DNA of 64,000 bases from Rhodosorus marinus CCMP1338 (taxonomy: Eukaryota > Plantae > Rhodophyta), in the NCBI GenBank assembly GCA_029953675.1, contig JAMWBK010000004.1, positions 2,728,001 to 2,792,000 of the forward strand. Reading direction: 5' to 3'. The notes under the pieces were generated by a model. The model was not told where the DNA came from. It saw only the letters and a program-made list of their open reading frames with translations, and did no database searches. This document shows positions 14,055-27,542 of this stretch, one piece after another. Position 1 is the first letter of the stretch; each line of letters starts with the position of its first letter. The translations under genes and the position numbers were made by a program.

Positions 14055-17000
14055 ATGAAGAAGAAGGTGGATGCTCGCGTACGAGCGCTGATTGAGGATT
14101 CAGTCCGGGTTAGTTGACCGGATTCCGTCGGTCTCTTTTTTTGCGCCAGTTTCTGAGGTAATTGTTTTCTACCCGTGTCGGCAGGATCACCACAGGGGCC
14201 TCTTCGTGATCGTCGGCGACAAAGGGAAAGACCAAGTCGTCAACTTGCACTATATGCTGTCCAAGGCAGCTGTCAAGGCCCGACCGTCAGTTCTATGGTG
14301 CTATAAGACTGAGCTAGGGTTTAGCTCACACAGGCAGAAGCGGATGAAACAGATTAAAAAGATGATGCAGAGGGGCCTGCTTGATCCTGAGAAAGACAAC
14401 CCGTTTGAACTATTTATTTCTAGTACGAGGATTCGGTTCACGTTCTATTCTGAGAGTGAGAAGGTCCTTGGCAACACGTTCGGAATGTGCGTACTTCAAG
14501 ATTTTGAGGCGTTGACGCCCAACCTCCTGGCGAGAACCGTTGAAACTGTAGAAGGTGAGCAGACCTGAGATCGCAAAGGGTTTTCACAAACCAGCCGCCA
14601 GAGTATGCTGAACACGATCTGGGTTGCGACGTGTAGGAGGGGGATTGGTGATCATTCTGTTGCGAACAATGTCGTCACTGAGGAGTCTGTACACTATGGC
14701 AATGGACGCGCACTCAAAGCTGCGGACTGAAAAGCACTCCAAAGTTACTGGACGTTTCAACGAGAGGTTCATTTTGTCCCTGGCCAACTGCAAGTCTTGT
14801 ATAGTATGCGATGATGAGCTCAACATCCTTCCAATAAGCTCAACAGTTAGATCCAAACTGTCGAACGTTCCAAATTATACTCAAGAAAGCGCTGAACAGA
14901 AGGAACTCGACGAACTCAAAGCGAGCATGAGCGACGTAGACTACATTGGTGAACTTCTTGCGCGAACAAAGTACGTCTGCCTCAATCCACAAACTGCCGA
15001 GGTTCTGCTCCAAAAACCACGTGCTAAACATCCGGTTTGTTCTTTGTTAGGACTATCGACCAGGCCAAGGCATTTCTCTCGTTTGTGGAAGCGATCTCGG
15101 AGAAGACTCTCCGAACAACTGTGTCGCTTACCGCGTCCAGGGGCAGAGGAAAGTCCGCTGCTCTGGGCCTCGCAGTTGCCGCGGCGATCGCCCACGAGTA
15201 CTCGAACATCTTCATCACTTCCCCTTCGCCAGAAAACTTGCAAACGTTTTTTGAGTTCCTCTTCATCGGCTTCGACGCACTCGAGTACCAAGAACACACT
15301 GACTACGAGATCTTACAGTCGCTAAACCCGGCCATGAACAAGTGCGTTGTCAGAGTCAACGTCTTTCGGTCTCACAGACAAACTGTGCAGTACCTCGAAC
15401 CACACGATGCTGCGAAAGCTGCCCAACATGCAGAGCTGTTTGTCATCGACGAAGCAGCGGCGATTCCTTTACCAATTGTTAAGTAGGCAACTTATGGCTC
15501 CCTCTTTTCTGATCATGCTCAACGCAATACCTCAAATCCTTCTTCTCATATTGACGTTTTAGGTCCCTGCTAGGTTCATACTTAGTATTTATGAGTTCGA
15601 CCATTACAGGCTATGAAGGAACGGGGAGATCCCTATCCCTTAAACTGCTAACCCAACTGAGAAAAAGCAGCGGACAGGGTCGAGATTTACGCGAGGTCAC
15701 AATGGAGACCCCGATTCGGTACTCTTCAGGCGATCCTGTGGAACGGTGGCTGTATGATCTGCTCTGCCTCGATGCAGGGGAGAAGGATTACGCGCTCGGC
15801 CACGCGGCGGCTCACCCATCCAAGTGCGAGCTGTATTGGGTAGACCGTGACGCTCTGTTCTCTCGGCATAGTGCCGCAGAGGCTTTTCTTCGTCGAGTCA
15901 TGGCCCTCTTTGTGTCGAGCCATTACAAGAACTCCCCAAACGATTTGATGATGTTATCGGATGCTCCAGCCCACGAGCTTTTCGTTCTCTTGGGCCCGAC
16001 CAAAGCGGATTCCACGCGACTGCCGGATATTCTGTGTGCCATTCAGGTGGGAGCAATTGCACATTCCAGGATTTGCAGGGAGCTTCCATACTCACTCAGT
16101 ATTCCTTGTTTTTCGGTTCAGGTTTGCTTCGAGGGAGGGATATCGAAGGAGTCCGCGCTTAAGTCAATGAACCGGGGATCTCGACCGCACGGCGATTTGA
16201 TTCCCTGGACTCTTTCGCAGCAGTTCCAGGAACCGGAGTTGATTGAGTTCACCGGATTGCGAGTCATCAGGATTGCTACGAATCCGTCCGTTCAGAGTAT
16301 GGGTTACGGAACCAGAGCCATGGAACTCCTCTACGAGTACTACTCAAACCCGAAACCAATGAACGGTGGAGGTGCTGAAGATGAAGCCAAGGACACGAAT
16401 GCCAACGAGGATGAGGAAGAAGATGATCTGTTGCAAGACAAGATCGCTCCTAGGACTGATATTCCTCCCCTTCTTAGACGGTTGGACGAAAGGAGAGCAG
16501 TAGAACTGGACTACCTAGGAGTGTCTTTCGGACTCACGCAGCAGCTATACTCCTTCTGGAGTAAGCGGAGCTTCAAGCCTTTGTATGTCAGACTCACATC
16601 TAACGACGTAACTGGAGAACACACAACAATCATGGCCGTGGAAACAAAGGATAAGGCATTGTTCGAGGGCTTTAGGAATGACTTCCGCAGACGATTCTCT
16701 TCCCTCTTGGGGTACGAGTTTCGCGGTCTTGCTCCAGGACTAGCCCTTACGATATTAGAGGACAACTCACCGACGGTGAGCCGAACGCTGACTCGAGACC
16801 AAATTCGAGAGAAACTTTCTGTGTACGATATGAGAAGACTCGAATCGTACGGCCGGAATTTAGTCGATTACCATATTGTGGTGGACATCCTCCCGTCATT
16901 GAGTTCAATGTTCTTTGACGGCTTCTTCGGTGATGTTCACCTATCCCTCGCACAGAGAGCCATACTCATGGCACTCGGCTTACAGAGAAAAACCGTGAGT

Positions 17001-17488
17001 TGAAATCTTGAGCGAAGTTCTTATATTGGTTACGTTTTAGGAAATCTGATGAGAAAACCGAATCCGTGTCTCAGGTGGATATTTTGGAGAAAGAACTCAA
17101 CCTGCCCGCAAACCAGCTCCTGGCTCTGTTCAACAAAGTCGTGCGAAAGCTTTCCAATGAGTTGAGACGAGTTGAGGAGAGCGCTGTTAAGGCGGAGCTT
17201 CGTAGTGCTGAGGACCAAGCCGGTGAGAAAGTGCAGCTTCAAGCTCCGGTGAAGAAGACTCTAATGGAGGACTTGGAAGAATCCGCACAAAATGAACCGA
17301 TGCAATCGACTTCGACAAACCCGGCACTGGCCAAGTACGAGGTTTCTGGCTCTGATAAGGAGTGGGCAAATGCGCTCTTGAATGTCAAGAACGTTGGCTC
17401 TGTGAGTATTCAGGCGAAGGAGTCCTGCAGAAAGAAGAAGTCCTCGGGGCCGCAAACACCGGCAAAGAAATCAAAGAAACGCAAGTAG
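14055..17488 (+). CDS. NAT10: RNA cytidine acetyltransferase NAT10/Kre33
   Basis: MKKKVDARVR start; GDKGKDQV; helicase Walker A RGRGKSAALG; IDEAAAIP; SSHYKNSPNDL; GNAT motif QSMGYGTRA; Lys-rich C-terminus. Introns are canonical. Confidence 0.97.
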
Positions 17489-17690
17489 CGCAATCAAGAT
17501 CTCGACAAACCCGGCACTGGCCAAGTACGAGGTTGCTGCTCTGATAAGGAGTGGGCAGATGCGCTCTTGAATGTGAAGGACGTTGGCTCTGTGAGGATTT
17601 AGGCGAAGGAGTCCATCAGAAAGAAGAAGGCCCTGTGGCCCCAAACACCGGCAAAGAAATCAAAGAAACAAGGGCGCAATCAAAATCTCT
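17312..17690 (+). repeat. ~190-bp tandem duplication of the NAT10 3' end; second copy pseudogenised
   Basis: 17312-17501 is repeated at 17502-~17690. The second copy has a 1-nt deletion and a CAG>TAG change (gtgagtattcag vs gtgaggatttag). Confidence 0.9.
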
Positions 17691-18051
17691 CGACGCGTAT
17701 AGCTTGAAGTCCTTGCGGACAAATTTTGGTTTTCCGATCAGATGCTGTTTCCCACTCTTAAGGAAAAGGCAAAGAATATGAACAGAATCTAAATTATACA
17801 CGGTCGCTCTTGAGCTGACTCTGAAGAGCTGTATCTGGATTCGACAACGGCTTCGTCGTGGCCAAAAAGCGGTCTGGTACACACTGACCAGTCGTCCGGA
17901 ACTTATCTACTTTGATTGACCAGCGGAAATTTCCTGCTGTAACGCAACTAAAGGGGTGCCGGCTTTCTGGACTCGTTACGGATCTTGCATGATGTAAGCT
18001 CGAAGCGTGGGCATTGTACCAATCTGCAAAACTGTTTAAATCATGACGAGC

Positions 18052-20119
18052 CTAGAAGGGTCGGGGGAACGGTGCCGCCTCCGTTTCTTGAGGTTGAATA
18101 CGGAGGACTTTCTCAAGCCGTTGCTTCAAGTCCATCAAGACAGCCACCGTTGAGAATCCGACCATAGTGGTCTCGAAGAGCAGCTGATCTTTCCACAGCT
18201 GAGCGTTTAAAAGAAAGGAGACAGTGTTAGCCCAAGGCGACCTTGTACGTCTCTTTTCGCTTAGTGTCTCACCGAAAGATGGGACTTGTCCTCCTTGTGC
18301 ATGCCCTTGATTGCGTATCTAGCGTTGACTTGAAACTGATTGCCATCCTCCCCAAGACTCTTTCCTATAGCGGCGACAACGTTAGTTGTCCGCATTATAA
18401 CAATAAGTTCCTTCGGGAGGTCCTCAAGAAACTTGTTCACTTCTTGAGTGTTCATTTTTGGTCGGGACTTCTTTTTCCTCTCATGACCGGATTCTTCATG
18501 AAATCCATGCCGTCTTGGCTCCTCGTCAGAATTCTTCCTCTTCGCGAAGACCTTTGAGAACATCTCCGCAGTTCCTTGTTTTTCATACGCACCATGGCCA
18601 TCCGTATATCTGTTAGCGACCGGCTATCAACGGGAATTCCTGGACGACCTTTTTCAGATTCTTACCGGGTAAACCCATGCCTGTGACTGCTTCTGTTAAA
18701 CCATCTACGTCTCCCGCGACAAGAGACCTCCACAGAAGGCAGTAACTGGTCCTGAATTGCTCCTCCAGCTCACGATATAGGCCATGGTCAAGCAGCACCA
18801 GATTAAAGCCTGAAGCAAGGCGGAACGAGAAATTCATTCGTTAGCAGGCTTTGAACACAAATTCATCAATGCGAGCGAGTGGGACATGGAGAGCCCAAGC
18901 CCGTGTAGGAACGCCGTACGTGGACATCTACACGTATGACCGACGGCTGTTCCCGATTTACTTTGTGCATATCTGGCGTGTTATGAGTGCGATAACCTAC
19001 CAGTCTTGTCGTTTGGTGTGATAAGCATGTTGCCAGTGTGGAGATCACCGTGAACAAATCCATCTACAAAGATCATCTTGGCAACAGCATTTTCAAGCGC
19101 TGCGATGACCTTCTCCTTTGGGGCGCTCGGAATCTCGCTTAAGTGCTCGATTTTTACTCCATGGATGAATTCCATTGTCAGCACTCGCTCAGACGTCAGA
19201 CCAGCATAGATTTCGGGAACCTAAAACGACCAGATTGGTTTTCAGTTGAAATGATCTGGGATCTGTATATGCGTTTGGCTGGCTTCGCGTGGAAGCGGGC
19301 AGACCTTGACGAGAGGGTCGTCACGAAAAGCCCCTGAAGCCCTTATTGCGTTGTTTGCTTCTATTCTGAAATCCAGTTCCATCCTCAAGTCTCGCTCAAA
19401 CTCTTCGACTATCCAGTGGAGGTCAAGTCCGTTGAAAAAGTAGGGGACCAAGACATTGGTAACGAACCTAAAAGTTCTCAGATCGGATGAAATCGACGCG
19501 CGGACTCGAGGATGTTGTACTTTGACCGCTACTGGCTGCTCAGTCTGCTTAAGTACCCCGTGGTGTACCTGGTGAAAGGAGAAGAAAACCCCAGATATAG
19601 CACGACAGTGCTCCGAACGTGAGTGAGTGAGCCAATTGTCAGGGACGTGTTGTTCCTCTGGTCTTGTCGCACCTGAGCCAGCGAGGCGGACGCAATAGGA
19701 ACCTCATCGAAGCTGCTGAAAATGGTGTCAATGGGGGCATGAAAATCTTCTCGAATCGTCCTCTTTACGTCGTCAAACGAATCGTATTTTGCTTGATCTT
19801 TCAACTTGGCGAGCTCTGTGGCATATTCTCCGGGGATCGACCTTCCAACAGTTGAGATATGCTGGCCCATCTTCGTGTAGATTCCGCCCTGATCTGCACA
19901 GAGCGTGTAAAGCCTCCGCGCGGTATTGCTGTGAACCTTTGAAAGCTCATCTTTGTCTTCATCCAGCCCCCTCCACTTGAGGCGCTTGTACTCCAAGGTT
20001 GTAATCAGCCCAAATCTCGTGCTCCTCGCTGTCCGACGGATAGGTGAATCGTACGGCAGAAGAGCATACCCACCTGCTACACTAGCCAATCCAACGAGCA
20101 GTCTTGTTCTCCATTTCAT
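18052..20119 (-). CDS. ABC1/ADCK (UbiB-family) atypical kinase, ADCK1/5-like
   Basis: KxGQ motif TKMGQHI; PIASASLAQV; ELDFRIEANN; MEFIHG; VHGDLHTGN; LLDHGL. Spliced last exon ends ...AAPFPRPF* at 18052. Confidence 0.92.
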
Positions 20120-21465
20120 CCTCTTCGAAAGCCTTCCTCAGAAAAGTTCGACTAAAACCGCCCGGGCCCTGTGCAAACAGATTGTCAGCCTCCTCGCAGT
20201 CCACATGACCCTCCCGATAAATTTTACGCGGAATCAATGCTCGAGGCTGCTCAACTGTCCCCTCCATCCAACCAGCCCGGACCCTTGGGATCCGCAACCT
20301 GACGGGTGTGACAGCAATGCCCGGGGAGGTTGACCGATGACTGAGCTCGCTCTTGGAGAGGTGCTAAAAACTTGTCCCAAGGCTCTAGGATCTGCTTGGA
20401 TAAGCGTCAGTAATTGAAGAGTCAAAAGCCAAGCCCAAGCCAGGAACGCAACTGGTGTTTGTGTGGAACTTAGCAGGACTCTTTCGATCAAAATTTTCAG
20501 CGGGGGCCAGGGCAAAGTCGATGGGCTGGATTGCGCGTCGACCTTAGAGAGCTGATCAAATATGTTTTGCAGTCGTACACTTGCTGGAAGATATTAGATG
20601 TCGGCTAATGGCTCTCCAACGATGGAAAGTTGTTGTAAAAGTTCCAACAGAAAAACATGCAGAAGAAGAACCAAACAGTTTAGAAAATCCCAAAAGAAAT
20701 CAATCAATATATCAATCAAAACATAAATGATTGAAACTCCGGTGGTCGGCAAACGAACCAGATTGTTTTATTAAAAACAAACAGAGAATTGTATTGCATT
20801 CGAATATTAGGGGGGGGTTCCACCTACCGAAATCGCGAGCGTCCCTGCGTGGTTCATTTCTACTTTACCCGTAGTGAGAGAATAAATAGATGACAACTTT
20901 ACACCTTACTGTCATATCCACTTTTGCTTAAATTAGCAAATAAAAAGGAGATATTTTTCGTATATTTAAAGATGACTAATAAAAAGATCGTTTGTTCAGA
21001 AAGGTGGGATTTTGAGAGGGGTTGTTGATTTAAGGAGAATGCTCGAGGTGGACTTCATCTGGATTTCGAAAGGGGAGGGGAGACCACTGGTTTTGTATTG
21101 GGGTATTGGTTGAGATCGTGGTTTTAGAAGCAGTGGCTTAGAAGCGGGTTTTGGGAGGTGGTCCTGTTAAGTTTCGGTCTAGGGTTTGGGGTTGGTGTTG
21201 GGGTTGTAACCGTAAACGTTTAACGGAGGAAATCCCGATTTGATGTATAAGTGCTTCTTGATCTGAAGTTTTGGGGAAGGAGGACGGCAAAGGTATTGGT
21301 TGGGAGGAGGCGTGCGGGAGAGTATTTAGTCTGTGGAATGAGGTGAGGTTTTGTATTGGTGGGGGGTGGGGGTTCCTGTTCTGTGCTTGCTTTTGGTTGG
21401 GTTGGGGTGGTCGAGGAATTCGTTTTGTTGGGATTAGTGTTTGGGATCGGGGACTAATTGGAAGG

Positions 21466-23129
21466 ATGACTGCTGATACGGGATTTGTGAGAGTTGGAGG
21501 GTTGGGTGTGCGTGTGAGGAGCGGCCGGTGTCACACTTGCCGGCGGCGGTGCGATGTGAGAATGGGCGTCAAACTCACCCGCGAGGACGGGAGGAAGAGG
21601 ATTGTCGTGACTGGAATGAATGTCATTTCCCCTTTTGGAACGGACGTGGATGAATTTTACGACAACTTGCTTGAGGGCAAAAGCTCAATCAGCAAGGTAG
21701 AGGAATTCAACGTCGAGGGATGGCCCACGCAGTTCGCGGGGGAGATCAAAAAGGGTACTTTGGATGTGAAGGGATACATTCAACCCAAGATGGTTTCTAG
21801 ATTAGACCCATTCCTCACCTACACAATTGTTACTGGAAAGAAAGCGCTTGAGGACGCTGGATTGGCCATTGGTTCTGACGCGTTCAACGAGTTGGACAAG
21901 ATGAGGTGTGGTACCCTTCTGGGTTCCGGAATCGGTGGAGTTGTTACGTTCAAGGACGGGATCTACAAAATGCTTGCCAAGAGAAAGTTGTCTCCGTTCA
22001 CGATTCCGTTCACCATCACAAATATGGGTTCCGGCCTCTTCGCGATGGACGCTGGGTTCCTTGGACCAAACTACTCCATTAGCACAGCATGTGCAACGGG
22101 AAACTATGCGATTAACAACGCCGCATCTCACATCATGCGCGGAGAAGCTGATCTGATGGTTGCCGGAGGAGTTGAAGCCGCCGTCAACGAGGTACACTAA
22201 TCGCCCAAAACGCTGTCGGAAATCTCCGCTGGTTTTCAAGGTCGCTAATGAAGAGCTTTTGTCCCTTCCTTATTGGATAACGTTAGCTTGGTATGGCCGG
22301 ATTCGTTGCATGTCGAGCGATGTCAACTCGCAACGACGACCCACAGGGAGCGTCACGTCCATGGGACAAGACGAGAGATGGCTTTGTCCTTGGGGAAGGA
22401 GCTGGTTCTTTAATCCTGGAAACACTTGAGCACGCGCTTGCGCGAGGAGCGAACATAGTTTGTGAATATCTCGGAGGTGCCCAGTCTTGTGACGCGTATC
22501 ACATGACGGACCCGCGGAAAGATGGAATGTGTGTTGCCAGGTGTATATCAAATGCCTTGCAAGACAGCCAGGTGGACAAGAGCGACGTGCAGTACATCAA
22601 CGCACACGCAACCTCGACGCCTGCAGGCGACTTGGCTGAGTTTAAGGCGGTCAGGGTAAGATTTTGACACCAGAGTCATAATTTTGCTTTTGACCGCAAG
22701 ATCGAAGCAAGATCTGATACTCCCCCTCCTCGCTACAGTCGATCTTTGATGGAGACGTTAGCAACATCAGAATGAATGCTACCAAATCGTTGATAGGCCA
22801 TGGGCTGGGAGCTGCCGGCGGTTTCGAAGCGGTTGTCCTCGCGAAAGCAATTCAGACTGGCAAGGTAAGCTGGGCTCTGTTTCTTGCTGTGCAACTATGG
22901 TTTTGTTTTACCTTTTTGTTTGCCGTAGACACTTGGGACCGAACGGACCTTCTGGATCCTATGTGAACAGGTTCACCCGACGATCAACGTTGGCGACATG
23001 GAGGAAGAGGTGGACATTGATATTGTCGCGAACACGATGCAGAACCACGATGTGCGTGTCGGCATGAGCAACTCATTCGGCTTTGGAGGTCACAACAGCA
23101 CGGTTCTTTTTGGCAGATATGAAGATTAA
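21466..23129 (+). CDS. fabF: Plastid 3-oxoacyl-ACP synthase (KAS II/FabF type)
   Basis: Transit-peptide-like MTADTGFV...; RIVVTGM; catalytic Cys-His-His motifs STACATG, NAHATST and KSLIGHGLGAAG; terminal NSFGFGGHN. Confidence 0.96.
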
Positions 23130-24305
23130 CCACTTTAACTGTGGCGAGTCATTGAACTCGCATTATACCAGAGTTCAGATGGAAGCTGCGAAGGAAACCG
23201 CTCTTTTCCGAGCTGTTCCGACCGCGGGTGGCCCTGCGATGGCAGGATAGCAACACTGAGCCATGTCATCAAGGATTCTTGCTCGGACTAATGCCAGTAG
23301 CTTTGCCAACAACATTCGGCAAAGCAGCGACATGATTGGGAGCAATCTCCTGTGCTAACCTGCAGAGTAGATGCTCATGGATGCTTACGTCCAGTAAACT
23401 GTGAGGAGCAACAAAGGAAACCGCTAGGACGGAGAAAACTAGTTTTAGTCAAGGCTGAACGTCGTAAAGAAAGTCAAAAAGGCGGCGCCTGAGCAGATTG
23501 GTCGCGAAACCTGTCTCAGGCAGGTTTAATCTCACAGCCGTAATAGCATTGTGACAGTATTTCGTGTTGTCATAGGGAATCCGAGTACCACAAAAAGTCA
23601 TAGAGAGCAACCAAACTGCTCTATCATCCCTTGGAAGGTCATCAGATCTCACTGTTGGGTTTACCAGGGCAAATTTATAAATGACTTCTGTAGTCAATTT
23701 ATTTTTGTTGACTGAAGTACTTGGTTTTCTTGCGAAGGGGGGTAAATCACGATCCAGTATCCTTGCGAACCTATTATTTAATTCACAGAACAATATTTAC
23801 GGAACCCTCCGGCTTTCTAACGGGTACGGGATATTTCTGCAAAAACTGAGAGGGCCATAATCTTTTAATATTTCTGGAGATCGAAGGAATTCCTTAATAT
23901 AGAAGAGCCTTAGTATCGGCGGGAAGGCGGAATATCCCTTAAAAGTACAAATAATCAATTGATCAGGAAAGGGGATGATCTAGAAAAACATGTATTTTCT
24001 ATTTATGGCGAGAATTTCTAGAAAATGGAAGCACAGTCGATGGAATGGTTTTGGGCAAAAATATTTCTGTTTTGCCATCTTCGCGGCGCTGGTAGGTAGA
24101 GCCGGGATGTGGAGGGTAGCTCCATCGGAAGGGAAGGGGTTCATGGAGAAGATATGTTGATCCGTTTGCTTTGGGACTTGTGGAACGTTTGAATAAAAAA
24201 AAATTTTTTGTTCAAACTTGAGGTAAGTTTCTAGACGAAGGAAGATAGCATAGGATTGTTCTAGTGGGTCTGAAGTTAAAGGGTGGGTGTTCATTTCGTG
24301 TCCAG

Positions 24306-25058
24306 ATGGCGAGTACGGAAGACGGTACGAAGGCGGCAGCCGACGGGGAGGTGAAGAAGACTGAGCTGTTGTTCAGCAAGCCAGCGGAGGATGAGGAGGA
24401 CAAGCCCGTGGAAGAGGAGGAATGTCAGGCTGACTTTGAACCGGTCGTGAAGCTCAGTGAGGTAGATACGAAGACGGGTGAGGAGGAGGAAGAGGTTTTG
24501 TACAAACAGTAAGTTGATCTGCAGCCAATGATCCGTGATATTGTTCCGCTATCGGCTCTGTGCTGCAGACGATACCCCTTTTGCTTTGGCGATTAACGGT
24601 CTCCGTGGGCTGATTTATCCTCATTGTTTAGGCGTGCCAAGCTCTTCCGCCATGCGGGTGAGGGCGGATGGAAGGAGCGCGGCCTAGGTGACGTCAAACT
24701 ATTGAAGCATAAGGAAAACAAGCGTATCAGACTGCTCATGCGCCGAGAAAAAACTCTGAAGATTTGCCTCAACCACTATGTCAATACCGACATCGAGCTG
24801 CAAGAGAACATTGGAAGTGAGAGATCGTGGGTTTGGTCGGCGGTAGACTACGCGGACGGAGACAGAGATGAGTGCGTCCTTGCCATTCGTTTTCCGAATG
24901 TCGAGATTGCGCAGGAGTTCAGGAAGGAATACGACAAAGCTAGAGACTACATGAAGACGTTGCTGGAGGAGGAGGACGAGAAGGATGACTCCAAGGAGGA
25001 GCAAAAGGAAAAATCCGAGGAAACCAAAGAAGCTGCCGAGGAAAAGAAAGACGCGTGA
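24306..25058 (+). CDS. RANBP1: Ran-binding protein 1 (RanBD)
   Basis: TGEEEEEVLYKQ|RAKLFR, WKERGLGDVKLLKH, RLLMRREKTLKICLNH, SWVW, LAIRF. One intron, 24509-24631. Confidence 0.95.
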
Positions 25059-25329
25059 AACAATGCGAGCAGCCGTTTGCACAGTAGAAAATTTCGCCTT
25101 CGAGCGACTGACAGCATATCTGCTCCCCATCCCCAAGAATTCAGGAATAAAAGTTCCCCATTTTGCGTGTGTATAGGTGAGTGTGGAAACCTTTCGGCGA
25201 CAAGCTTTCAGGTCTTCGCTATGAGTGGCCTCATGATCAATGTCCAACCTATCCTAGCTTTTATCCCAGAGACAAGTTGCCACAAGCACTAGCAAGCTAC
25301 TAGACGTCAGCGAACCCTGGTGCATCAGT

Positions 25330-25790
25330 CCAGGTCAATCTATATCTCAATCAAAGTAGTAAGACAGCTGTCCTCTCATCTCCGGTTTAGACCATCAACG
25401 AACTGATCGAATTTCTGAGAATTGGAGATGGTTCCGACCTGGATCAGGCACTTATTGAAGTATGAGGTATGCGCTGCGACGGAAGTTCGTTGCTGTGCTC
25501 GACCTAACCGTTGCTTAGCCTGGATTTTTGCGTCCGCAGGGTAGAATTGTTGTCGCAACGCTGTCTCAAAGTCCTCAACCGCGGAAGGCCGTTTCTCCTC
25601 GGGCAGCAAGGAATACCAATACGAGGCATCTCCCGTAAGATATCCTTCTGCTAAGAGGATTTTCTGGTCGTCTTCGTCCTCGCCAAGGCCTGCCAGCTTG
25701 AAGAAGTTCTTCAGGCTTTTGAGCCACGTATGCAATGTGAGGGCGTCACGCCTCTCGTCGTAGGCCATCTGGTGGGGTGCCTGGGTCGTG
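25330..25790 (-). mobile_element. Ty3/Gypsy gag (capsid) relic
   Basis: YDERRDA..LHTWL...FF..., AEGYLTGDASYWY, F..ALRQQF, RAQQRTSVAAH, FVDGL. A 1-nt deletion at GL(K)PEMR shifts the frame, and no pol follows. Confidence 0.8.
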
Positions 25791-26816
25791 TCACCCTACG
25801 GTCAAAGTTACCTCAAGTTCCACATCTTCCCTTTGCTAGTTGTTTATGATCTCCCTACCCTCCTTTCGTTAGAGTTCCATTACGAGGGAGGCGAACATAT
25901 GCCAGGTTACATGCAGTCTTGAGAATCCGTCCTAAGGCTGTTTGGGAGGTAAGCGAAGGACTTTAACAACACATAGCTGAGGCCCAATTCGTGCTTTTTC
26001 GCAGCCCTATCACTGAAGAAATTATCAAAATGCATGCTGGTCCACTCGGAAGGAGATGACGGCCGTCTGCCCCTTTTGCGCTCGTACTCTACCAGTGGAG
26101 CTACAGCCGCAGCAACAAATCCCTCTTCCTCGCTTTCGCTTACAAACTCGCTAGCCCCAGCTTCTGAATATCTGTGCCTCTTAAACACTGTACGCCGTTC
26201 GAGAGCTTCCGCGGACAAACTTAGTTGCGCTTCTATCACAAGTCTTGATGTCACATGGAGAAGGATTTCAACAAAATATCCCTAGATCGAGACCCATCTA
26301 TCTTGTATTTCGAACTACTGAAGTGTTCCTGTCTTCGCCGAGGGTCCTGCACGCTTCCGTCACCTAATATGAGGTCAGTGTCTACCAATCGCTTGAGATA
26401 TCTTAACCACTCTTCGCTGGCGCATACATTGTCCGTAGGTCCTGCGCCAATCACGAAGTCTTCCTCTTTCCTACCAGAACCATACCAGCGTGGAAGCTCC
26501 GTGGTTGATCTCCCTTTGACTCGTCACGGGGAGCTTCGTCCTTAGCCTCTGCACCATCCCACACCGATGTGTCCGAATTTCTCGGAAACATAAAGCGTTT
26601 TTGGATTCTCTTACTTGGCAAAGGCCAGCAGAGGGGGAAGCTGGAAGAGAGAGCTGTTCTTTAGCCTTTTTTTGGCTTTGAAAGTCCCCTTCTATAATAA
26701 CAGCTTCTTTCGGCTTGTGTGCTCTCGTTTGTTCGTTGCGCTCGTGTGCCTAGAGCGGCAAGTGGAATACATTTTCAGCTAGAGCGTAGGTGTTGAGTTC
26801 CGTCCTATCAAGCCGA

Positions 26817-27542
26817 ATGAGTGTGAACGGGGGTTGGGGGTTGAGTGTGGGAAGAATAACCAGTGCGGTTCGGGAATTAGAATCGCAGAAGAGTGAAATT
26901 GCTGCGGAATGTGCAGCGCTTGAATCCAAAGTACGAATTCGGAAAGACGCGTTGATGAAAGTGGAAGAAGCTTTGAAAAACGTGAATGGGAACCTAGGAG
27001 AGCTTCAAGCTGCTGAGGTTTACTAGCTTTTGAACTGCTTAGGATAGATATTCTCAAATCTGACTTTGGGATCGTCGTTTTCGCAGTCCTATATGACTAC
27101 CGAAGCGCAATCACTTCGTGCACGTTGTGAGGAGCTTCGACGGGATGAGGCAAGGCTCAAACAAGGATTGAGAAAGCTGGATGAACAGGATAGAGAGCAC
27201 CAGTAACAGAGCCCTTAGAAACTGAACTACTTGGAACCGGACTCTGAATCAATCCATGTGTGGAATGATTTAGGGATTCCTTCTTCGGGAAAATCCAGGA
27301 AATCAACGCGCACCTCGCAGAATGCAATGCAACGTACAATCGTCTTCATGTCCAAAAACAACGGCAGAACCTGGACTTCCTGCTCAGGGAGAAGTTCGGC
27401 CTCTGCATCCCATCCGTCCACAGAGACCACAACGTAAGCGATTCATCCCAAACCTTACCGGCTTTATTTTCCTTTCCAGATTGCGAGACACAGAGCTCGA
27501 TTCAAAGTCTATCTCCTGTCGACAAAGTCTATCTTCACTTAA
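26817..27542 (+). CDS. Small orphan coiled-coil protein (~180 aa, 4 exons predicted)
   Basis: Exons 26817-27017 and 27087-27202 splice in phase to give heptad-rich ELESQKSEIAAECAALE...AE|SYMTTEAQSLRARCEELRRDE. A third exon gives DSFFGKIQEINAHLAEC. The 3' structure is uncertain and no family was recognised. Confidence 0.55.

Noticed and set aside
20130-20620. Short ORFs upstream of the ABC1 gene
   Set aside because: No motifs; the region is consistent with divergent promoter or UTR sequence.
23200-23800. 114-aa minus-strand ORF and a short LAQEIAPNHV... frame
   Set aside because: TTG start, no homology, and the required introns would be implausibly short (~30 nt).
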